16,694 bases of DNA, taken from Enterobacteriaceae bacterium. Lineage in GTDB: Bacteria > Pseudomonadota > Gammaproteobacteria > Enterobacterales > JBOFSC01. Below the pieces are notes generated by a model. It was not told where the DNA came from. It was given only the letters and a program-made list of their open reading frames with translations, and searched no databases. The stretch lies in NCBI GenBank assembly GCA_051651345.1, contig JBOFSC010000477.1:1-16694 (forward strand), written 5' to 3'. Within the stretch, counting starts at the first letter, position 1. Every line of letters begins with the position of its first letter. This document shows, piece by piece, positions 11,174-16,694 of the stretch. A program made the position numbers and the translations under genes.

Positions 11174-12255
11174 CCAATATTACGCATGTACTGGGATCGG
11201 ATATTCCCCATCACAATCTGACAGTGGTCAATTTTTTTGCCCGTTCGTTGAGTGGTCATGGTGAGCGCCATCGGTTTATGATGGTGGCGGCAGACCGTCG
11301 CCCCTATCAGCACTGCACCGAGCTTGAGATTCACTTTTATGACGACAGAAAACAGCTTGCCCGTGCACTGTTGCAGCAGGCACGCCAGCAGCGTCAGCAC
11401 CGTTTCCTGTTCCACGGCCAGTTTAATCAGCATATCTGGTGGGCCCTGTTAACCGGACGCCTGTCATCGCAGCAGATGTTCTGGCATGTGTGGGGCGCCG
11501 ATCTCTATGAAGAGGCGACGGGCTGGCGGGCAAAGTTGCTCTATCGTCTGCGCCGCCTGGCTCAGGGACGGGTCGGTCATATTTTTGCCACCCGCAGCGA
11601 TCTCAACTATTTTGCCCGGCGTCACCCGCAGATTGCCGCAACCTTGCTCTATTTTCCCACCCGGATGCCAGAGTGCCACCAGGTGATCCCCCGGGCACAG
11701 AATAACAGAGAAACCGGGGAACCGGTCACCCTGCTGTTGGGCAACTCAGGGGATCGCAGTAATCGCCATATCGAGGCATTACAGCGCATTTCGCAGCAAT
11801 TTGGCGCTCAGGTCAGGATTGTGATCCCCCTGGGCTATCCCGCCAATAATCAGCTCTATATTGAGCAGATCCGCAGTGAGGCAGAAAAACTGTTCCCCGA
11901 GGGGCAGGTGCAACTGCTCAGGGAGCAGATGGCCTATGATGACTATCTGGCCCTGATCCAGCGCTGCGATGCCGGCTACTTTATCTTTAACCGTCAGCAG
12001 GGTATCGGTACCCTCTGTCTGCTGTTGCAGTATAATATTCCGGTTATCCTGAGCAGAAACAATCCATTCTGGCAGGATATGTCGGAACAGCGCCTTCCAG
12101 TGCTATTTTATGATGACAAAATAGATGAGACGACGCTCAGGGAGGCGCAACAACAATTACAGTCTCTGGATAAGCGTGAAGTGGCTTTCTTCAACCCCAA
12201 CTATATTAAAGGTTGGCAACAGGCATTGCAGATAGTCTCGGGAGAGCCGACATGA
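11170..12255 (+). CDS. wecF: TDP-N-acetylfucosamine:lipid II N-acetylfucosaminyltransferase
   Basis: The blocks [27 protein letters not shown] and GNSGDRSN match E. coli WecF. Its start forms an ATGA overlap with the wzxE stop. Confidence 0.9.
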   Translation: MTNITHVLGSDIPHHNLTVVNFFARSLSGHGERHRFMMVAADRRPYQHCTELEIHFYDDRKQLARALLQQARQQRQHRFLFHGQFNQHIWWALLTGRLSSQQMFWHVWGADLYEEATGWRAKLLYRLRRLAQGRVGHIFATRSDLNYFARRHPQIAATLLYFPTRMPECHQVIPRAQNNRETGEPVTLLLGNSGDRSNRHIEALQRISQQFGAQVRIVIPLGYPANNQLYIEQIRSEAEKLFPEGQVQLLREQMAYDDYLALIQRCDAGYFIFNRQQGIGTLCLLLQYNIPVILSRNNPFWQDMSEQRLPVLFYDDKIDETTLREAQQQLQSLDKREVAFFNPNYIKGWQQALQIVSGEPT

Positions 12256-13622
12256 CATTGACACAATTTGGCGGTCTTTTGCTGTTCTATGTGCTGGCAT
12301 TGCTGTTTATTGGCACTCTGGCCTGGCGTGAGTTCCGCCGGGAACGCTTTAACTTTAATGTCCTGTTTACCATTTTATATTTGCTGACCTTCTATTTTGG
12401 TTTTCCTTTCACCTGCCTGCTGCACTACCTGTTTCAGGTTCAGGTGGTGGAGGCGGAATACCTTTTCTATGCTTTGCTGTCGACTACGGTTTTTTATGCC
12501 ATCTACTACCTCTGTTATAAAACTCGCCTCTGGCCAGTGACACACCATCAGCAGCGGGGTTTGATCACTTTTAACCGGGTGGAGACTCATCTGACCTGGT
12601 TTCTGCTGGCGCTGATCGCGTTTGGCGCGCTGGCGCTTTTTGTTGCCCAGAACGGGTTGCTGCTATTTAAACTGAGCGCCTATAATGAAATTTTTGGCAA
12701 ACAGGTGTCGCTGGTCGCGCTCAAGCGTTTCTTCTACTTCTTCTTTCCCGCCATGCTGGTGCTCTATTTTCTGGCACCGACTCAGCGCAACTGGGTTCTG
12801 TTTCTGATAGTAACCCTGGCGTTTGGTGCCCTCAACTATGTGGCTATCGGCGGGACCCGGGCCAATATGCTGATCGCTTTTGCCCTGTTTCTGTTTATCG
12901 GGATTGCCAGGGGCTGGATTACCCTGTGGATGCTGCTGCTGGCCGGGGCGGGCGGGATTGTTGGCATGTTCTGGCTGGCGCTCAAACGCTACGGGCTGCA
13001 TGTCAATGGCAGTGAAGCCTTCTATACTTTCCTCTATTTAACCCGGGATACCTTCTCCCCATGGGAAAATCTGGCGCTGCTGATCCAAAATTATGACAAG
13101 ATTGATTTTCAGGGGCTGGCACCGATAGTGCGTGACTTTTATGTCTTTATCCCTGACTGGTTGTGGCCGAATCGGCCTAAACTGGTGCTCAACAGTGCCA
13201 CTTATTTGACCTGGGAAGTATTACAAAATCACTCGAAGATAGTAATCTCCCCGACCATGATCGGCTCTTTGCTGATTATGGGGGGCGTAGGATTTATCCC
13301 GCTGGGCGCTGTGGTGATCGGCTGGATTGTTAAATGGTTTGACTGGCTGTATGCGCGCGGCCGGACGGAGCCAAATCGCTATAAAGCAGCGATTCTACAG
13401 GCATTCTGCTTTGGTGCGATCTTTAATCTGATCGTACTGGTGCGGGAAGGGTTGGACTCCTTCGTGTCGCGCATTGTCTTTTTTGGTCTCTTTTTTGCCA
13501 TTTGCATTATTTTGGCTAAATTACTGTGCTGGCTGATGGAGAGTTGTGGCTTGATTCGCGCCAGACGCGACCACCACTGGGTTATCAGACCGCGTGTGCA
13601 ACGACAACAGAGTAACTCATGA
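12252..13622 (+). CDS. wzyE: ECA polymerase
   Basis: ATG 12252 ([10 protein letters not shown]...) aligns with E. coli WzyE MSLLQFSGLF. The track's 12213 start lies inside wecF. It is a multi-transmembrane protein with the conserved block [20 protein letters not shown]. Confidence 0.9.
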   Translation: MTLTQFGGLLLFYVLALLFIGTLAWREFRRERFNFNVLFTILYLLTFYFGFPFTCLLHYLFQVQVVEAEYLFYALLSTTVFYAIYYLCYKTRLWPVTHHQQRGLITFNRVETHLTWFLLALIAFGALALFVAQNGLLLFKLSAYNEIFGKQVSLVALKRFFYFFFPAMLVLYFLAPTQRNWVLFLIVTLAFGALNYVAIGGTRANMLIAFALFLFIGIARGWITLWMLLLAGAGGIVGMFWLALKRYGLHVNGSEAFYTFLYLTRDTFSPWENLALLIQNYDKIDFQGLAPIVRDFYVFIPDWLWPNRPKLVLNSATYLTWEVLQNHSKIVISPTMIGSLLIMGGVGFIPLGAVVIGWIVKWFDWLYARGRTEPNRYKAAILQAFCFGAIFNLIVLVREGLDSFVSRIVFFGLFFAICIILAKLLCWLMESCGLIRARRDHHWVIRPRVQRQQSNS

Positions 13623-14353
13623 ACACAGATAAACTTCCTCACTATCTGATCCGTGATATCGATATCGCAGGTTTTAGCGATTTACAACACTGCCTTGCGT
13701 ACCTGTATGCCGGAGAGTCGCTTAAAACCGGGCGTATGGTGGCGATTAACCCGGAAAAAATGATCACGGCGGAGCAGGAGCCGGAATTACGGGCACTGAT
13801 TGAGCAGGTCGAATTTCGCTATGCGGATGGGATCAATATCGTGCGGGCTATTCGGCGTACATATCCGGGGGCACAGATAGAGCGTGTTGCCGGTGCGGAT
13901 CTGTGGCAGGCCCTGATGCAGCAGGCGGGGGAGAAGGGAACGCCGGTATTTCTGATCGGCGGTAAGCCGGAGGTGTTGGCGGAGGTGGAAAAGCGTCTGG
14001 CGGCCTGGCAGGTGAATATTGTGGGCAGTCAGGATGGCTATTTTAGCCCACAGGAGAAAGAAGCGCTGCTGCAGCGGGTACGTGCCAGTGGTGCTGCTAT
14101 TGTCACGGTGGCGATGGGTTCACCGCGCCAGGAACTACTGATCCGCGATCTCTGGCAGGTCTCTCCCAACGCCCTTTATTTAGGCGTGGGCGGAACCTAC
14201 GATGTTTTTAGCGGGCGTGTGAAGCGTGCGCCACTTTTATGGCGTAAATGGGGCCTGGAGTGGTTATATCGTCTGCTGGCACAGCCCACACGCTGGCGCA
14301 GACAGGGGAAACTGCTGCGTTTTTTGTTCTATTATTTCAGCGGCCGTTTGTAA
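13619..14353 (+). CDS. wecG: UDP-N-acetyl-D-mannosaminuronic acid transferase
   Basis: The blocks [40 protein letters not shown] and LEWLYRL match E. coli WecG. Its start forms an ATGA overlap with the wzyE stop. Confidence 0.92.
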   Translation: MNTDKLPHYLIRDIDIAGFSDLQHCLAYLYAGESLKTGRMVAINPEKMITAEQEPELRALIEQVEFRYADGINIVRAIRRTYPGAQIERVAGADLWQALMQQAGEKGTPVFLIGGKPEVLAEVEKRLAAWQVNIVGSQDGYFSPQEKEALLQRVRASGAAIVTVAMGSPRQELLIRDLWQVSPNALYLGVGGTYDVFSGRVKRAPLLWRKWGLEWLYRLLAQPTRWRRQGKLLRFLFYYFSGRL

Positions 14354-14420
14354 TATTGTGCAACTCTTTGCCGGGAGCAGGGGGATGATGGACAAAGTCC
14401 AGGCAGTTGACCGGATTGCC

Positions 14421-14460
14421 GCAAAAAGCACTAGACAGCGTAGCGATAAATCCGTACTAT
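14421..14460 (+). promoter_or_regulatory. Candidate sigma70 promoter of the tRNA operon
   Basis: TAGACA (14432-14437), a 17-nt spacer, then TACTAT (14455-14460). An A-tract (14423-14427) lies just upstream, and a GC-rich discriminator CCCACCCCGC lies downstream, as is typical of stable-RNA promoters. The tRNA starts at 14482. This was identified by eye only. Confidence 0.4.
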
Positions 14461-14481
14461 CCCACCCCGCAACGGCGCATA

Positions 14482-14558
<77 letters not shown>

Positions 14559-14609
14559 CTTCTGGTGCCCTTGGGCTACAGAAGCAGTACGTTGCGATTA
14601 GTGGTAAAT

Positions 14610-14686
14610 GGTGGCTATAGCTCAGTTGGTAGAGCCCTGGATTGTGATTCCAGTTGTCGTGGGTTCGAGTCCCATTAGCCACCCCA
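14610..14686 (+). tRNA. hisR: tRNA-His (anticodon GUG)
   Basis: 77 nt including the His-specific extra 5' G(-1). The anticodon loop reads TTGTGAT and the sequence ends ...AGCCACCCCA. Confidence 0.95.
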
Positions 14687-14724
14687 GTTATCTTGTAGTG
14701 AGATAAAAGAGAGATAAAAACGAT

Positions 14725-14810
14725 GCGAAGGTGGCGGAATTGGTAGACGCGCTAGCTTCAGGTGTTAGTGTCCCCAGGACGTGAGGGTTCAAGTCCCTCT
14801 CTTCGCACCA
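14725..14810 (+). tRNA. leuT: tRNA-Leu (anticodon CAG)
   Basis: 86 nt class II tRNA with a long variable arm. It runs GCGAAGGTGGCGGAATTGGTAGACGCGCTAGCTTCAGGTGTTAG...TCGCACCA. Confidence 0.95.
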
Positions 14811-14836
14811 CTCTTATCTTGCTCATCTGAAGTTTT

Positions 14837-14913
14837 CGGCGAGTAGCGCAGCCTGGTAGCGCAACTGGTTTGGGACCAGTGGGTCGGAGGTTCGAATCCT
14901 CTCTCGCCGACCA
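14837..14913 (+). tRNA. proM: tRNA-Pro (anticodon UGG)
   Basis: 77 nt, CGGCGAGTAGCGCAGCCTGGTAGCGCAACTGGTTTGGGACCAGTGGGTCGGAGGTTCGAATCCTCTCTCGCCGACCA. The cloverleaf was checked by hand. Confidence 0.95.
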
Positions 14914-14951
14914 ATTTTGTGAGTCCACAGAAATGTGGATGGGCGTTTAAA

Positions 14952-14984
14952 ACCTGTGGCATCCTTTAGCTGCGGGTTTTTTTT
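14952..14984 (+). terminator. Rho-independent terminator of the tRNA operon
   Basis: ACCTGTGGC (14952-14960) pairs with GCTGCGGGT (14969-14977), including G-U pairs, around an 8-nt loop. A T8 run follows (14977-14984). A small extra hairpin TCCACA-gaaa-TGTGGA sits just upstream at 14924-14939. Confidence 0.7.
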
Positions 14985-15013
14985 GCCTGTCTCTCACCCA
15001 CTGTTTCCCATGT

Positions 15014-15035
15014 ACTGTCGCTTTCTGACGTCAGT
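15014..15035. promoter_or_regulatory. Candidate GlrR (QseF)-type activator binding site, distal, one mismatch
   Basis: ACTGTCG-N8-CGTCAGT, which is TGTC-N10-GTCA. It shares the left arm TACTGTCG with the perfect site at 15109-15130. It overlaps a perfect 10-bp palindrome CTGACGTCAG (15025-15034). Confidence 0.4.
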
Positions 15036-15050
15036 GGCCTCGATACCCGT

Positions 15051-15110
15051 CTCTATTTTGTGACATATAACCAATTGATTCTATTATTAATAAATGACAC
15101 CTCTCTATAC
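15051..15110 (+). repeat. Direct repeat copy A (about 72% identical to copy B)
   Basis: CTCTATTTTGTGACATATAACCAATTGATT...TAAATGA...CTATAC. By hand alignment, 43 of 60 positions match 16081-16140, and the first 20 nt match at 19 of 20. Confidence 0.55.
15068..15080 (-). promoter_or_regulatory. IHF-consensus match
   Basis: The minus strand reads AATCAATTGGTTA, which fits WATCAANNNNTTR. It lies between the two GlrR-type sites. This is a consensus match only. Confidence 0.3.
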
Positions 15111-15130
15111 TGTCGTCAGGTTGCGACAGT
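15109..15130. promoter_or_regulatory. Candidate GlrR (QseF)-type activator binding site, perfect TGTC-N10-GACA
   Basis: ACTGTCG tcaggttg CGACAGT is a perfect 7-bp inverted repeat containing TGTC(15111-15114)-N10-GACA(15125-15128). That is the consensus described for GlrR sites upstream of glmY and glmZ. Confidence 0.6.
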
Positions 15131-15134
15131 TATT

Positions 15135-15276
15135 CCCTCGCCCGCGTGCGGGAGAGATTTCAGCTCCCTCCCCTGTCAAGGGGAGGGTTGGGGTGGGGTC
15201 AAGACGTTAACACAAACTCGCCTGTAATTTCAGTGTATTACCCCCAACCAAACCTCCCCCTGGCAGGGGGAGGAGC
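15135..15276. repeat. GC-rich REP/MITE-like palindromic block (three hairpin units, two forming an inverted pair)
   Basis: Hairpin 1: CTCgCCCG-cgtg-CGGGaGAG (15137-15156). Hairpin 2: CCCTCCCCT-gtca-AGGGGAGGG (15166-15187). Hairpin 3: CCTCCCCCT-ggc-AGGGGGAGG (15253-15273). The unit at 15163-15201 is approximately the reverse complement of the unit at 15238-15276, including the GGTTGGGGTGGGG / CCCCCAACCAAACC tails. Confidence 0.65.
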
Positions 15277-15311
15277 AAAATTATGCGAATTTATAAGGGG
15301 AAATACATTTC

Positions 15312-15328
15312 TGGCACGAATTATGCAT
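15312..15328 (+). promoter_or_regulatory. Sigma54 (RpoN) -24/-12 promoter
   Basis: TGGCACGAATTATGCAT compared with the consensus TGGCACG-N4-TTGCW. The GG (15313-15314) and GC (15325-15326) have exactly the canonical 12-nt register. The conserved sRNA 5' end (15340) lies 14 nt downstream of the GC. Confidence 0.7.
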
Positions 15329-15339
15329 TTTAGTAGGAT

Positions 15340-15548
15340 GTAGATGCTCATTCACCTGGTTATGCAGATCTTTCTCCATAACATATCGAATGATGCAGAG
15401 CATGATTATGATACCTCTTGTCCAGCTGCCGATGACAGAACCGAACTTCTTCATCAGATATCGGACAACACGTTGAGTGGGGTATCGCCCAGTTGTTGAG
15501 ACCTGTTTGAGATTAATTACACTTGCCTTGTGGCAAGTGTTTTTTTTT
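15340..15548 (+). ncRNA. glmZ: GlmZ-family small RNA (post-transcriptional activator of glmS)
   Basis: Blocks match E. coli GlmZ as I recall it: GTAGATGCTCATTC at the 5' end, GAATGATGCAGAGC (15388-15401), GACAACACGTTGAGTG (15464-15479) and CCCAGTTGTTGAGACCTGTTT (15488-15508). An intrinsic terminator closes it. Length is about 209 nt versus about 200 nt in E. coli. The position next to proM fits the glmZ neighbourhood, while the glmY locus lies between glrK and purL. Confidence 0.8.
15519..15548 (+). terminator. Rho-independent terminator of glmZ
   Basis: Perfect 9-bp stem ACACTTGCC / GGCAAGTGT with a TTGT loop, followed by T8 (15541-15548). There is no A-tract on the other side, so it is unidirectional for the + strand. 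Confidence 0.88.
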
Positions 15549-15771
15549 ACAGATTTTGAAATGGTATCTTCATTAGTCTGTTGCCGAAGCTCGGTAAAGT
15601 CGCCGATTCTGAGTAACAAATATCTTAATTATATTTAACTTGTTGTTTGAAGAGGGTAAAACCCGGGTTCTGCTCAAACTCACGCAGTGAGCCATATTGT
15701 TCCTGAGATAGGCTATGGGTTTAGAGCGCCCAGTGGCAGTATGTGCATCAGCAACTTTGGCAGCATAACTA

Positions 15772-16074
15772 TTACAGCTTAATCAGGTCAAATAATGTCT
15801 TGATTTTTGCTGTCCGTTCCACCACTTTTCTGGCCGCCGCATCCAGGGTATAGCCTTCGTCCAGTAACTCCTGAATCAGTACGATTTTTTTGATATTACC
15901 CAGATTAAACTGGTGCGAGCTGGCTTCCGGGTCCACGGTTTGAATGATGCCTTTGGATTCCCAGTAGCGTAATTTTCTGACAGGGATACCCGTTATTTCA
16001 GCCACTTCGCTGATCCCCACAATCACTTTATCCAGAAAGTCATTGTATGAGTCGTTAACAGATTTGATGGTCAT
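15772..16074 (-). CDS. Small MerR-family helix-turn-helix transcriptional regulator (100 aa, minimal architecture)
   Basis: VGISEVAEITGIPVRKLRYWESKGII is a canonical MerR N-terminal HTH, followed by a wing and one short helix. There is no long C-terminal coiled coil or effector domain. AGAGG lies 5 nt upstream of the ATG. Confidence 0.8.
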   Translation of the reverse strand: MTIKSVNDSYNDFLDKVIVGISEVAEITGIPVRKLRYWESKGIIQTVDPEASSHQFNLGNIKKIVLIQELLDEGYTLDAAARKVVERTAKIKTLFDLIKL

Positions 16075-16080
16075 CCTCGC

Positions 16081-16140
16081 CTCTATTTTATGACATATAA
16101 TTCTTTGATTATAAATGGATTAAATGATGTTTCTTTATAC
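16081..16140 (+). repeat. Direct repeat copy B (covers the 5' UTR and RBS side of the MerR-like gene)
   Basis: CTCTATTTTATGACATATAATTCTTTGATT...TAAATGA...TTATAC. It starts exactly 1030 bp downstream of copy A. It is followed by the palindrome TTTCTTT-atacg-AAAGAAA (16130-16148). Confidence 0.55.
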
Positions 16141-16265
16141 GAAAGAAAGCTGAACCACCCCGATATAACCGGCTTATGATACTTATTCTGTATTAGGCAG
16201 ATTAAAATTCTCTTCAGGCCACTGTTGATGCCACACTTTCAGCACTTTTAACCTGGAGGTATGCT

Positions 16266-16694
16266 ATGCAACAGCGATTATTAGGTGATGGATTAACGGT
16301 TTCCGCTTTAGGTTTTGGCGCAATGGGGTTGAGTGAGTTTTATGGCGCAACCGATGATCAAGCATCACTGCAAGTGCTACAGACGGTGGTTGAGCGTGGT
16401 GTAACAATGATAGATAGCGCCGACTATTATGGACGAGGACACAATGAACGGCTCATTGGTCATTTTCTTTCTAAACTCGATACAAGTAGCCGGGCGAAAG
16501 TCAAAATAGCCACCAAATGTGGCATTGAACGCCATGATGATGATACCTCAGCCCGCAGAATCAACAACCAACCGAGTTATATTCGCCGTTGTTGCCATCA
16601 GTCATTTATACGTAGGATCTTTAGGATCAACCAACTGATAACGATAGAAAAAAATGACGTATTTTTAGAAAAAAGAGTGGAAAGTGTGCTGTGA
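16266..16694 (+). pseudogene. Aldo/keto reductase family gene, apparently truncated or disrupted after about 115 codons
   Basis: GGAGG lies 6 nt upstream of ATG 16266. The N-terminus has typical AKR blocks (LGDGLTVSALGFGAMGLSEFYG, DSADYYGRGHNERLIG, KIATKCG, SYIRRCC). From about 16605 the sequence turns AT-rich, and the expected L-x-R-L-x-x-D-Y-I-D-L-Y block is absent. A stop falls at 16692-16694 (142 aa, against roughly 280-330 aa typical for the family). Confidence 0.6.

Noticed and set aside
67-13642. Many 60-190-aa ORFs antisense to or out of frame with rho and the wec genes, for example 67-447 -, 3717-4166 -, 5498-5920 -, 6064-6639 -, 12663-13001 -
   Set aside because: These are shadow ORFs inside well-supported conserved genes. 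They have no independent start signals or family similarity.
15146-15343. 65-aa + strand ORF (…PPLSRGGLGWGQ…PLAGGGAKL…)
   Set aside because: It is a translation of the GC-rich palindromic repeat block. Its Gly/Pro/Leu-rich composition is a by-product of the CCCTCCCC/GGGGAGGG hairpins.
15344-15499. 51-aa + strand ORF (MLIHLVMQIF...SPSC) inside the sRNA, with AGGA 5 nt upstream
   Set aside because: The predicted sigma54 start (about 15340) would remove the AGGA from the transcript. The sequence blocks are conserved at the RNA level with GlmZ, and the peptide has no recognisable features. A dual-function RNA cannot be excluded, but nothing supports it.
15281-15619. 112-aa minus-strand ORF, the only sizeable ORF between the tRNAs and the MerR-like gene
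   Set aside because: It has a TTG start, no RBS and no recognisable family motifs. It lies antisense across the conserved GlmZ-like RNA and reads through its terminator hairpin. The + strand promoter, sRNA and terminator explain the region better.
15573-15695. 40-aa minus-strand ORF (MAHCVSLSRTRVLPSS...) with AGGAA upstream, considered as a type I toxin or small protein
   Set aside because: It is not hydrophobic and has no obvious partner antisense RNA or terminator. An ORF of this length is expected by chance in AT-rich intergenic DNA.
16216-16232. Sigma54-like AGGCCAC-N-TGCC upstream of the AKR gene
   Set aside because: The GG-to-GC register is 13 nt rather than 12 nt, and the -24 element carries an extra C (GGCCAC rather than TGGCAC). 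It does not meet the consensus.
14837-16694. Genomic island integrated at tRNA-Pro
   Set aside because: There is no duplicated copy of the tRNA-Pro 3' end downstream. There is no integrase, excisionase or transposase ORF in the window. The 60-bp direct repeats do not include tRNA sequence.

Overview
The window looks like a conserved chromosomal backbone of an Enterobacterales genome that is not E. coli. All calls rest on reading the sequence and on family sequences recalled from memory; no searches were run.

- **1-14353:** rho with its own terminator, then the complete 12-gene enterobacterial common antigen (ECA) cluster on the + strand: wecA, wzzE, wecB, wecC, rffG, rffH, wecD, wecE, wzxE, wecF, wzyE, wecG. 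Five gene junctions are ATGA start/stop overlaps.
- **14482-14913:** the argX-hisR-leuT-proM tRNA operon (Arg-CCG, His-GUG, Leu-CAG, Pro-UGG), with a candidate promoter upstream and a terminator downstream.
- **15000-16694:** the only non-routine part, and the ORF track does not explain it.
  - A roughly 209-nt GlmZ-family small RNA on the + strand. It has a well-spaced sigma54 -24/-12 promoter, GlrR-type TGTC-N10-GACA upstream sites and a strong intrinsic terminator. The 112-aa minus-strand ORF called here is antisense noise.
  - A GC-rich REP/MITE-like palindromic block sitting between the activator sites and the sigma54 core promoter.
  - A pair of roughly 60-bp diverged direct repeats 1030 bp apart.
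  - A 100-aa minimal MerR-type regulator.
  - A divergently transcribed aldo/keto reductase gene that loses family similarity after about 115 codons at an AT-rich junction just before the window ends.

I see no CRISPR array, transposase, integrase or recognisable defence or toxin system. I cannot support a claim of a wholly novel system here.
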